64,000 nucleotides of DNA from positions 806,001-870,000 of the forward strand of contig MU008167.1 in NCBI GenBank assembly GCA_010909165.1, given 5' to 3'. A program made the translations under genes and the position numbers. The stretch is from Anthoceros angustus. Lineage: Eukaryota > Plantae > Anthocerotophyta. Under the pieces are notes generated by a model. That model saw nothing but the letters and a program-made list of their open reading frames with translations, had not been told where the DNA came from and did not search any database. Of the stretch, positions 1-10,931 are shown piece by piece. Position 1 is the first letter of the stretch. Every line of letters starts with the position of its first letter.

Positions 1-1694
1 GACTTGATAGTACTCCTTAAAGTTTAAGGCGGTACCCAACTAAAAGAAAAATCGTCTTTCCCATCTTCAAACATGTGGGTGGCCATACCTACCGGAGTCA
101 GCCGATCCTTTTCTTCTTCACAGATAGTGGCCATCCACTTCCTGCAGTAGGTCATCATTTTACATAATCAGTAAAATTCCACAGACACCAGATTATGACA
201 GAGGGCTCGCCTGCCCGCTACTTACTCGAGGCACAGCAGCATCTCCTACCTGTTTGTGAGGATAAGTGCTTTTGACAATCTCATGCGGAATTGACCAACC
301 ACGATTACGGCAAGCTGCAGACACCCCCACAAATTTGTTAGACAGAAGTCAAGCACAGCTATTAACAGGAGGACCAGGCTCCATGTAACCACCTGATCTC
401 TTGGAACATATGCAAAGCCTTTTTTTAAGAAGACCTTCCGATTTGCAACAAGCTCGGGAACTTCCTCAAACACGACCTGGAAAGATTAAAGACAGGGTGA
501 CAGTTAGGATTCTGGGACCAGCGTTACTGGACTCGTAGAAGCAAGAAGTCATCCCATTTCAGAATGAGTTGCACGAACCTTGTAGTAAACCCTGTCAACT
601 GTTACGATCAAGACAAGAGAAAAGGGAGGTTGAACACAAGAGTTAATTCAAACTGTTGTAGTGCCTCCAACATGGTAAGAAAAGACAAATGATGGACAAC
701 AAACACTGGCCTCACCTTTAGGCACCACCTGGTGTGTAGACCTTGCTGTCATAGATAGCTGGGCTTCCACGGCCTGCAGAAAAGTGTGTAGAACCTTACC
801 AGCAAGAACCTTAAAGTGACTCCTAAGGGCACCTTAGAGACGAATAGAAGATTAGTTCGTTCCTGGAAGCTCTAGGACACCAACAACGTTGGCAAAGTAG
901 TTACCTCGAACTCGCTAGCAGTGATTGCCTTGTAAGGAAGCTTGTTTTCAAGCAAAAACCTTCTCTGCAGTGACCAAACGCCATAGAGGTAAGGAGAATG
1001 CGCCGCTCCCTGAGAACCAAAGTGAATAACCGCTCACTCAACCTGCATTTCAGGGGTCTCTGCACGAAATCGATGTCGAAACAACGCACTCTCCATAGCC
1101 AGGAACCATCTTCTTAGCGCATCCCTAACACACAAGCACAAAGGTGATCGTCATCTCCAGACAAGAAACCCCGAGAAATCCTTAACAAACACTCAGCAGC
1201 AAGGGACAAAACATACGATCGACAGTACACCAATCGCAGCACAAAGTGCGAGATGGCGTCCTTCAGCTGCGCATCCGCTACATTCTTCCGCATATGCTTC
1301 CTCCACAGCTCCTGCACCTGTCGTGCACAATACAATTCTGTCATGAGCAAGATCCAGCACACAATGACACATGCAAAGCCGCAAGCCGAGGCTGCATTCC
1401 TCACCAATGCATCCACCTCGTTCATTCTTTTGCCCCGCGACCTGGCTGCTTCAATTCCCTTTAAGACTGAAACCGAGGGGAAAAGGTAAGTGTTCCTGAG
1501 GAGTGGAAACCGCATCCGGCAAGGAAAAAGAGGAAGAAATGCCGTGACTTGGTACCTCTTAAGCGATCCATCGCGAATTTCTCAAAGTTTTCCAAGGACA
1601 CTTCTGTGTGAGGTGATTCTTGGTAGAAGGACAGCTTGCAGCCATTCTGCACTGCGTTTGCGTGACGCTTGCTATTAGGAACGATGAATTCCAT
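1..1694 (-). CDS. PRIM2: DNA primase large subunit (PriL/p58), multi-exon, 3' end beyond window start
   Basis: ATG at 1694 (MEFIVP). Exon peptides LSFYQESPHTEVSLENFEKFAMDRLR, LKDAISHFVLRLVYCR, FEEVPELVANRKVFLKKGFAYVP, GQFRMRLSKALILTNR and KWMATICEEEKDRLTPV match eukaryotic primase large subunit. GT-AG introns, first donor at 1555. Confidence 0.93.
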
Positions 1695-1815
1695 GGCGAC
1701 CTGCACTTGTTCAGTTTTCAAATCTCAGAGGCAGCAGGCTCCCATCCTCTCCGCCTCCAGCACCTGGGCTTGCTCAAGTCCTCGCCTGGCTAGCTCGGGA
1801 AGGAAATGAAAAAGC

Positions 1816-1823
1816 GCGGGAAA
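1816..1823 (-). promoter_or_regulatory. E2F-binding site TTTCCCGC upstream of PRIM2
   Basis: GCGGGAAA on + is the canonical plant E2F element TTTCCCGC on the PRIM2 strand, about 120 bp upstream of the ATG of a replication gene. Confidence 0.6.
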
Positions 1824-2281
1824 ACAAAGAGGCCCTCAGGGTGGTGTGGCGAAGCTGCTAGATTGTATATGTGTTAGGACGCGACGCTTCCCAAAGTTGA
1901 AAGCGAAATTGAAATTAAGATTAAACATTAAACCAGGGCAAGAGCGAGCCGAACCTGCCTTATGAGTCTCGAGTCGATATGTAACGATCTGGACTTGGGA
2001 AGCCATCGTATGGAGGGAAGGAAGAGCCTAGTGAAGAGTAATCGCGGTAGTGTCCGGAGAGAGCGTAATTTAGTCCAGTCGTGATGCTGGGCGATGGCGG
2101 CCAATCCGAGGCAGTCCGGCGTGAATCTGCACGTGATGGCAATGCGCGGGGAGTGAGCCGGGCCGGATTTTCATTGTCACCCAATTGGAGAAGAGAAGAG
2201 AGGTGAAGGCTGCCGGAGCTCCATGGCGGGCCGCAATTCCGCTGGTTATGGCTGACAGCAGCAGGCAAAACGGGAAGACGC

Positions 2282-2289
2282 TAGGGTTT
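2282..2289 (-). promoter_or_regulatory. telo-box (AAACCCTA)
   Basis: TAGGGTTT in the shared PRIM2/BTB-SPRY upstream interval. Confidence 0.35.
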
Positions 2290-2295
2290 CAGGCA

Positions 2296-2337
2296 GCTTG
2301 AGCTTTGTGGGCGCTTGAGCTTTGTGGGCGCTTGAGC
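2296..2337. repeat. 17-bp tandem repeat, about 2.5 copies (GCTTGAGCTTTGTGGGC)
   Basis: Exact direct repeats read from the sequence, just upstream of the BTB-SPRY ATG. Confidence 0.85.
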
Positions 2338-2410
2338 ATGAATTCCAGCGCTGATGCATGCGGGTGACAGGAGCAGCTGAGGCAAAGCAAGGAAGAGGAA
2401 GGGGAAGAAG

Positions 2411-4090
2411 ATGGCAGGCCGGAGCAGCAGGAAGGCGAGCGGGGCCGCGGAGAAGGCCAAGAGGAAGAGCTTGCTGGACATGTCCAGGCCAGTGTACAGC
2501 GTGTTGGACAGCGTGCCGGATCCCACAGTCGCGGGGCCGTTCACGGATGTGAAGCTGGTGAGCTCAACTGGGGATGTTCTGTATGGCAGCAAGTACAATC
2601 TGGCGGAGAGGTCTGTTGTGCTCAACCGGATGCTGCTGAACGGGATGAAGGAGACGACGCCCGCGGCGGAGATGGTGGAAATCAGCTTCCCCAAGATGAG
2701 CACGGAGGCGCTCAGGTTCCTGCTCGAGTTCTCCTGCACCGGGACTGTGTCCCCGCTGAAGCTGCGGGAGATGCCGGTGGAGGTGATCCATGTGTCGAGG
2801 TACTTCCAGCTCTGGGAGCACACGGACGAGATGATCTCGCTGACTCTCACCAACATGCGGCATCATCTGATCGGGAACGATGTGAGCAACTTGGCGGCTG
2901 TGACTCTGTGCAAGGCCCTGGACTGCTTGTCCCCGGATCTGGATGGGAGGTTTTTTGACTACTTGTTGAGGGTGCTGCTGGCCAGGCCGCTGAATTCCAT
3001 CTCCTGCAGCTGCATCTCGTCTAGGGGTTTGGCGTTCTTGCTGTCCAGGTCCCTGGAGAGAAGTGAGCAAGACGGGCAGAGTGAGCCGCTGCCTTGTGCT
3101 ACTACGGAGTTTGCCATCTTCTTGTATGTGTTGTTGTGGTGTGGGCAGCAGGTGGGGAAGGAGATAGGGGAGGCTGTGGGGGAGTATGTGGGTGTCATGG
3201 CTAAGTACTCTGCGGAGCTGAGGAACCATGAGGATCAGACCAGGCTGGCTCGGCACATGAGGGCTGCGACTGTTCTGGAGGAGCCCAAGGTGGAGCTAGG
3301 ACTGGAGTGCAGGGAGAAGCTGAGGGTGGCGATACAGCCCTTTTTGCACCTCATGGACTACAAGTTGATGCATCCCAAGGAGCTGTCGTTGATTGTGAAG
3401 CCTCTGGAGCTGGTGCCGCAGGATGCGCTGCTGGAGGCATTCTGCCAGCAGGCGGCTGATTTTTCCTACAGGGGGCCGGTGATGTACAGGGGCCCGTTTG
3501 TGTTGCAGTGGGAGCCTTCTGCTCGGGATACTTACATGTCGCCCAATGCCGGGGATGGGAAGGAGCTAAGGTGCCATACTACTTGTGGGTTTGCCAGGAC
3601 TGTGTCTCCGGCTGTGGGGAGTAGGAAGAGGAGGAGGAGGTGTATGGGCAGCGGTATCGTGAGCAGGTTTCAGCAGCCCAGGCTGGGGCAGGTGTATAAG
3701 TGGGACTTCGTCATCAACCAGATGATGGGAAAGGATGTGGAGTTTGGGATCGGGTTGTGCACTGATCAGGATCGGAACAACATCTTCCCCTACTCCGTGT
3801 GGCTGGGAGACCAGAGCAATGGGTGGGTGCTGGACGGGCAGGGCAGGTTCTGGCACAACAAGACGTGCGTCCCTGCTCCCAACAACATCTTCTGGCCGGC
3901 CTCCGAGTTCAGGGTGACGGTGCATCTGGACATGATCCAACGCAGCTGCTCCTTCAGCTGCGGTGTGAGGACGTGCACTGCCCCCTGGGACAACATTCCT
4001 GATGAGGTCTACCCTGCTGTCACCTGCAAGTCCTCTAGAGTGCTGGACGGAGTGAAGATCAGGGTGGAACCATCCCAGTCCTTGGATTGA
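2411..4090 (+). CDS. Intronless BTB/POZ-(BACK-like)-SPRY/B30.2 protein, 559 aa
   Basis: N-terminal BTB (FTDVKLVSSTGDVLYGSKYNLAERSVVLNRMLLNGMKE...EALRFLLEFSCTG), helical middle region, basic RKRRRR, and SPRY-like C-terminus (YKWDFVI...FGIGL...LGDQSNGWVLDGQG...VTVHLDM...VYPAVT). Confidence 0.8.
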   Translation: MAGRSSRKASGAAEKAKRKSLLDMSRPVYSVLDSVPDPTVAGPFTDVKLVSSTGDVLYGSKYNLAERSVVLNRMLLNGMKETTPAAEMVEISFPKMSTEALRFLLEFSCTGTVSPLKLREMPVEVIHVSRYFQLWEHTDEMISLTLTNMRHHLIGNDVSNLAAVTLCKALDCLSPDLDGRFFDYLLRVLLARPLNSISCSCISSRGLAFLLSRSLERSEQDGQSEPLPCATTEFAIFLYVLLWCGQQVGKEIGEAVGEYVGVMAKYSAELRNHEDQTRLARHMRAATVLEEPKVELGLECREKLRVAIQPFLHLMDYKLMHPKELSLIVKPLELVPQDALLEAFCQQAADFSYRGPVMYRGPFVLQWEPSARDTYMSPNAGDGKELRCHTTCGFARTVSPAVGSRKRRRRCMGSGIVSRFQQPRLGQVYKWDFVINQMMGKDVEFGIGLCTDQDRNNIFPYSVWLGDQSNGWVLDGQGRFWHNKTCVPAPNNIFWPASEFRVTVHLDMIQRSCSFSCGVRTCTAPWDNIPDEVYPAVTCKSSRVLDGVKIRVEPSQSLD

Positions 4091-4764
4091 ACTTGCAGAC
4101 CATATCTCCAGCAGCATCTCCCATCCCCTCTCCTTTGATCTTCCTGTCTCGTTTTTTCTTCCAAGAAGACAGCGAAGGAGACGACCATTGGAGAGGAGAT
4201 GGCTGATGAAGAGATTGATTCATTAAGCTTCTGCACCAAGCTGTGCAGCCTTGCAGGACAGAAGCTGCTTCTGTTACTGCCCAGTGCCCAACTGTCGCGC
4301 ATCCGTGGCTGATGTTCCGTCGACACGGAATGCTTGCGCCAGCCTGGCCAACGGCCTTCTGTTTTGCCTTATCCACTTATCCAACATTTGGGCGGAACTG
4401 ATTCGCCTTTTGTCTCCGTTCGCCAAATCTCAGTGACGTCTTCATACATTACGTATTGTACACACCATTCCCACAGTGCTGTGTGCATGTACAAGGCACG
4501 TTCTTGCTGTCAATTGTCGCGGCGAAACTGGGGAAACCTTTCGGGACACGTCCTCTGGCTCCTGGCTCGGCACTGGCTCGAGCACCATGTTTCGTGTTGC
4601 TTCCTTCTTCTCAGGCTTCTCCCGTTTGTCTCTCGATTGCGCGTCTCGCTGGCCTGAGAAGTGGAGCAGGCAGAATCCCTACGAGGCCGGAGAAACAGAT
4701 CGGCAGAAGGAATTTCATTCGGAGAACGTAATTTTTTCTTCCGACTGGCTGAATTCTTGCAGCT

Positions 4765-6207
4765 ATGGCGATGTCGACTCTGCGTTGCAATCGCATCTCG
4801 CTTGGAGAACTGCCGGCCTTGTCGCACAAGGTGTGCTGCCCTGACAGTTTGTGCTATTCCCAGGCGGGCTTGGTAGCCTCTTTTCGATGCCTGCTTTCTG
4901 TTTCTCCTCTTTCAGTTTTGTATTGAAGTATGTGCGAGATCGAGAGGGTTAGGCGTGAAAGACACTCTCTTTTGATTGATGTCTATTTAATCTGTTGCAG
5001 ATCGGCAGCTTCCAGAAAACGGTGTCAGCTTTTGTGAAATGCTCTGCGTTTGGTGCTCCTCGGTGGGGAAGTGGAGGGATTCATTTCACGCTTGAGCCAG
5101 CAACAGCAACGGGGACAGAGCTGAAATGGAAGCGGGTGACTGGCACTCCCGGTCCCAGCCGCAGCCCCAGCCCCAGTTCTTGCAAGAGCTTAATCAGGGC
5201 AATGGCCATGACTCCAGGTGTGCATTGCATGGCATGGCACAGCAGAGCAGAGATTGTCTCTTGTTGTGTGCGTGCATGGGGATTAGATGGTGCATCGGAG
5301 AGTAATGTCTATGTCTGCTGTGGCCATCCAGGTCCGGGGAGTGTGGAGTTGGCAGGAGCCCTGTTCACATTTGCCACCGCGTTTGTTATGCCCCTGTATA
5401 CTATTATGATAGTAGCGCCCAAATGGGAATGGGTGACAACCTAACCTTGCATCCCTCGTCACCTCTTCTCTTGTGGTTGCAACATCTTCTTCATCCTGAG
5501 CTGCTCGTCATTTCAAGGCTGCTGGGCTCTCACTTGAATAGTTCGTCCCCCTGCTGTTTTGTTGCAGACCAAAAGGGCTGTGGAAAGCAACTTTCCCTTC
5601 GTTGTTCTGGGGGCTCTCTACGTCTACCTGTTTGCTCTATCCTTCACACCTGAAACCCTGCCGTTGATGTTCTCTAGCAAGTACTGGTTGCCAGAGGTAG
5701 GAGGTACGAAACCGCTGTCTCATTGCTCATCAGGTCATGTCGTTGCTTCATGTTCCAACCACAATGACTGCCTTTTGTGCAGCTGCCTGGCATCACTCGT
5801 ATGTTCTCCAGCACCATGACCGTGGCCTCAGCATGGGTCCACTTGCTTGCTGCTGACCTCTTTGCCGGCAGGTAAACAGCTTCCGATTTGGGAGTGGTTT
5901 CACATAGACACGCTTCTGTCCTAACACGCTGTAAACTTCGTGGGGCAGGCAAATTTACCTCGACGGGCTCAGCAGCGGTGTCGAGACAAGGCACTCTTTG
6001 ATTCTCTGCCTCATGATGTGTCCAATCGGGATCTTCTGTCATATCGTGACCAAGGTACCGTTAGCATCCCCCGATCAAACACATGCTTCAAGCTGTTGAC
6101 AGTAGTAATTACTCAGATTAACAAATTGCGTTCTTTTCCTATTGCAGTCAGTAACACTCTTCTTGCGGTCAACTAGCCGAGGCAGGGACGAGCAACTCAC
6201 AGCCTGA
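4765..6207 (+). CDS. ABA4: ABA DEFICIENT 4 / neoxanthin synthesis protein (DUF4281), plastid-targeted
   Basis: Predicted exons 4765-4830, 5001-5217, 5332-5432, 5568-5696, 5783-5871, 5949-6054, 6148-6207 give [49 protein letters not shown] and [17 protein letters not shown], diagnostic of ABA4. Confidence 0.93.
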
Positions 6208-7022
6208 CACCTTTTTTTCATTGACAAGGATCGGGGCACACGGCTATACTTTCAGTCCAGCCTGTGCCCTGTACCGCAAAAAGGATCAAGCAGCCACCAC
6301 ACCCTATCATCAGGTGAACAGCGCACAAGAGATTGGCGACTAGCAGGTACCGAAAAGGTGACACATTGCGGACTTCAATCAGGCTGCACATATTAGTCTA
6401 CTTGGAATTGCACTTTTGTGTGGTACCATCAGGAGACAGCATAGCCTAATGGGCCTCAAAGGAAGCTACTGGTACGGAATCATCCATCCACCAAAACTGA
6501 AGTATTTCATCCAGCAGGGGTGCTGAAAGCATGGTGCAGGATTGAAAATGTGCCCCGCTTGCAGGCAGTGTTCTGTAACTTACAAACTTAAGCTACCTCT
6601 CAACAGGAGAGTGTGTACATAGTCACAGAATCCTTCGTGAGGATTACACGTGTGCAAACTTTCCACCAGGTTCTACATACTGTACATTTCCCTTTCCTCC
6701 AATTTCATCCGCACTGCACATGCAAATTTTCGTGCACAATGTCTACGTTCCCATAAGTTCAATCAAATGGATGATCTCGAAGGACTAATTCCCACGTCCA
6801 ATCTTGATGAAATCTGGATTTGATGAAATCCAGATGCCTTTATGAATGCACTTTTTCTGCCTTTTATTTTGGGTGTGCAACTTTGAACCCGATCAGTTGC
6901 TCAGGGCCACCCGCTTCGTCTTGTCTGATGAGAGCACAATCCTGGCACCTCCCTTATCCAGGCCTCTTTGTTGTGGCGGCAATCCCTGTTGCGGTGCGGT
7001 GTGTTTGCGGACTGATGTTGGA

Positions 7023-9726
7023 ATGCAGCTGCAATTGCTGAATGTGCATGCGTGTCCTGCGAAGCTGCTTTTGTCTGGCTCTTGGGAGAGCATGCTCTCC
7101 TTGAAACCCCTTGGACCCTTGGGGATCCCAAATTGTTGTCCTCTTCCAGGTCCTTCATCCTGCGCTGCAAGAGCGGCCCTCGGCTGGAGAAACAAGAGGC
7201 AGACAGGGATTTCTGTCTTGTGTTGTGTGGCACCAGAGCAGGACAAATTCCAGGAGCTGCCCACGGATTTGAGGAGCGACGGGGTGCAGTCAGGAGAGGA
7301 GGTGGAGCTGAGCACGTCGGGGGAGGAGCAGACGGAGTGGCGGCAGGAAGCTGTAAAGCAGTGGCCTAAGCTCAAGAGGGTCAAGCGGCAGAAATGGAGA
7401 CCCATTGAAGAGGACCAGGACGGCTTGCTACCGCATTTGGACACGAAGAATAGCTCTCTGGTGTGGAATCCAGGGTGGAATCTGGTGCCGCTGGTGAAGT
7501 ACTTCGAAGGTGCAGATGGGTTTGATCCGGCGGAGCTGCCGGTGTTTGTGTATAAGGGAGTGCCGGAGTTTGCGTGGAACAAGTTGGTTAGACGGATGTG
7601 CATATTCGGAAGGTGTGACTCTGCCCTGAAGCTGCTGGGCTGGCTCGAGGCACATAGTGTTTGTCAGTCGTATGATGTACTGTACTCGATTATCATCCAT
7701 GGTCTGAGCAAGCAGGGCAGGCTCGAGGATGCTTTTGCATTGGCAGAGAGTGTTAGGCGAGGCAGTGGGTCCTTGGGAGCTTTTGTGTACAATGCGCTCA
7801 TTGGAGCTTGTTGCCATGAAGGTGATCATGTGAGGGCATTGGACCTGCTTAGGGAAATGAAGTTGGCGGGATTTCAGACCGATGCCTTGAATTACAGCAA
7901 ACTGGTTCAGGCTTGCGTGATTGCCAAGGTGGATCTCTCCGTCATATTGGAGGTTTACGAGAAGATGCTTGGCGATAACGTGGACATAGATGCCAAGTTG
8001 TACAGTGACCTAGTCTACGCGTGTGCTCAGGCTGGAGGGGCAGCTGAGGCGCTCAGGCTATGGGAGAAAATGAGGCAGGCTGGTTTTCCGTGTGAAGCTA
8101 AAGGTTATATTGGGCTGATGGAGGCCTTGGGACCCATTGGAAGGACGCAGGATGTTGAACTCCTGTTCGAGAAGATGAAGGTAGACTGTGGAGTTCCAAA
8201 ACTTCGGGCATATTCTGCTTTGCTTGCTGCTTATGCCAAAAAGGGAATGCTTGAACAAGCTGAGAACCTTCTTAGGACCATGAAAGAAAATGGAGTCACC
8301 CCTAATGCTTACTGTTATGGTGTGCTTCTTGACTTCTACACGAGAGCAGGCCAGTTAGAAAAAGCACGATCTATGGTCCGTGGCATGGAGGCTGACAATG
8401 TGCAGCCCAATGCTTTTATGTACAGCAGGTTGATGGCCTGCTTGAGGGATACTGGCCAATGGGCAAGTGTGATAAGAATGATGCAAGAGATGAAATCTGC
8501 CAATATTCCACCCAACAGGCATGTGTTCAATATTGTCATTGATACTTTTGCCAAACTTGGGCAGCCTAAGAAAGCTCAACAGGTGTTTGAAAGGATGTCC
8601 GCGGAAGGCATTGAACCAGATCTGGTGTCCTGGAACTCACTGGTATATGCCCATTGTAAAGCAGGTCATTTTAAAGATGCACGACGTGTGATGGTACAAA
8701 TGCACAAGGAGGGGTGTCCTCCAGACATCACAACATACAATATCATGATCAATGCAATGGGCCTTGCCAAACGGTGGGATCTACTAGATTCTTTCCTGGA
8801 GAGAATGAGAGAGTCTAATCTGACTGGTGATGTCATCACGTACACTACATTGGTTGACATTTATGGTCAATCTGGCCGTTATAGAGATGCAGTAGAATGT
8901 GTGGAGCGCATGAAGGAACAAGGCATGAAGCCCAGTCCGAGTGTTTATTGTGCCCTTGCAAACGCCTATGCTAAACAGGTTAGCCGCCTTCATTGGAGTG
9001 TCCATCTTAAATTGGAGTGGGTTTTATCTCCTACTCCACCTTTTGCAACGTACTGCTTCTGGCTAGCTGGCCAGTTACAACTTCAACTCTTGTGGATGAT
9101 GTATGTAGCCTGGTATCTGACTCTGAATGAAACTCGTTTTACTGCACGACAGGGCATGGCCGAGCAAGCTGTGGTGCTGTTTCAACAAATGGAAGAAGAT
9201 GGCATTGAGCCCAACATGCTCATGTTGAATGTCCTACTCAACTCATTCGCAGTTGCTGCAAGACATGAGGAAGCATCACAAGTTCTGGATTATATGAAAG
9301 AATCTGTAAGACGCAGTAATCCGCCTGTGCTTCATGTGATAATGTCCACATTGTTTCTAATGTTTTCACGCAATTGTAACCTACAGGGATTGTCTCCGGA
9401 TGTGGTCAGTTACACCACACTCATGAAGGGTCTCGCGAAGGCCGGTCAGTTAGATCAGGTCAGCTCACAGGCCCCCTTCAGTAGCTGCAACCAGCACGAG
9501 ACAGTAACTAACAGGGATATGGACTCTGCAGGTTCCCCAGGTGTTTGAAGAAATGCAGCTGGCTGGACTGACACCTGATCGAAAAGCTAAAGACATGGTT
9601 CGCAGTGCCAGGAGATTTGGAGCTCGCCGAACTGTTGAGACAGGCACAACACAAGAACTAACGGATGAAGAGGAGGAGGAGGTGGTTGGGCTCCAATATG
9701 CGGGTTTGGGACGTTTCATGGGTTGA
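7023..9726 (+). CDS. CRP1: P-class PPR protein, chloroplast RNA processing 1 orthologue (start codon approximate)
   Basis: About 14 P-type repeats. WLEAHSVCQSYDVLYSII, QPNAFMYSRLMACLRDTGQW and PDRKAKDMVRSA follow the order seen in CRP1. Introns 8979-9152, 9306-9386, 9459-9531; stop at 9726. Confidence 0.85.
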
Positions 9727-10931
9727 AGAGTGACTCGGTGGTCTGGTACTGTTCCTGGAAATTTCTGGACAGTTCTGTGTGTTCCCGGACCCTTGAAACC
9801 AAAGGTATGATCGTACTCAATTTTCTGTCAAACTCTTCAGGACTGCCAGGTGTGGTTCATTTCCCTCAATTTTTTTCTGGCCTGTTGCAGGAGCTCTTGT
9901 CCCTCCTACGTGCCCCACGCCTCGTGCACTTCTGCACCAGCCATTAGCAGTGGTTGGTTCCCTGCCTCGGTCGGACCTTCGAGAAGTTTGCTGTCTCGTT
10001 CATCAACACTTTCCCTGCAAATAATGTTCAGTGGTGGTAACTGTGTGTTGTGTGTGCAGATCACCGCCGAAGGAAGGACATGGAACCTTTCGGTGACTCA
10101 CCCGCATCATCGTAGTGCTCGTGTAATCCGTCTTCTCCAACATGGTTTTCCGGAGACAGGCCCATCATTCTTGCATCTCCCAGACCCTGCAAGTCCATGA
10201 CCTAACAATGGGACAACGGCAGCCAGAAACGGCGAGCTGAGCGTGAGCCAAGTAAAATATCTACCCAGTAGTAACACAGTATCAACCCGAGGTGCCTTCT
10301 CTAGTCATGATAAGGCATACGATCCACCATTGCCTTTAAACGTTATGTGAATCATGTGTGCTTGTACAGAAGAAAGGCTCAAGCAAGCGTTTCGTGAAAT
10401 GTGAGATTCCCGGTGTGAAATCTAAATGTTTTTCTCTTGGAATCATCGACGTGTCGCTGAAACCCGCCGAGGCAGCCGCCAGGCATTCTAGCTCGAGGTT
10501 ACCCTACCTCCGAGATCCGCTAATTGCATTCCGTACGGAACATCTGAGGAGAGGTTTGTGTTTGTCTTGTCTTGTCTCCTGTTGTGCTGTGCTCCTGGAC
10601 GAAGATCTGATGAGCTTGGCTTCTGAAACATAATATTGTGCGTGTTCAGTGGAATTGAGGGCAATCCGACACTTCCCTGTGGATGGAAATCAGAAGCGCC
10701 AAGTGAGGGCCTGTCCGGCCGGGGCTGGAAGAATGTGTGGTCCGGCAGCATCGACAAGTGGAAGTGGATTATGGTTTCCTTGCCCGAGCAGGTGCAGCAA
10801 AGGGCGCAGATCAGGTGCGAGGGATTCCGAGCATTTCGTCGTCCATTCGCCGCACTAAGCCCTTTCGAGTTCCCCAGTCGTTTGAGTACTCTCTTCCTCT
10901 TCCTGCAGGACCCCGATAGCGGATGTGTTGA

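Noticed and set aside
2281-4326. Long antisense ORFs over the BTB-SPRY gene, with similar ones over CRP1, the CDPK and the PPR gene
   Set aside because: Shadow ORFs of GC-rich, codon-biased coding sequence with no recognisable motifs.
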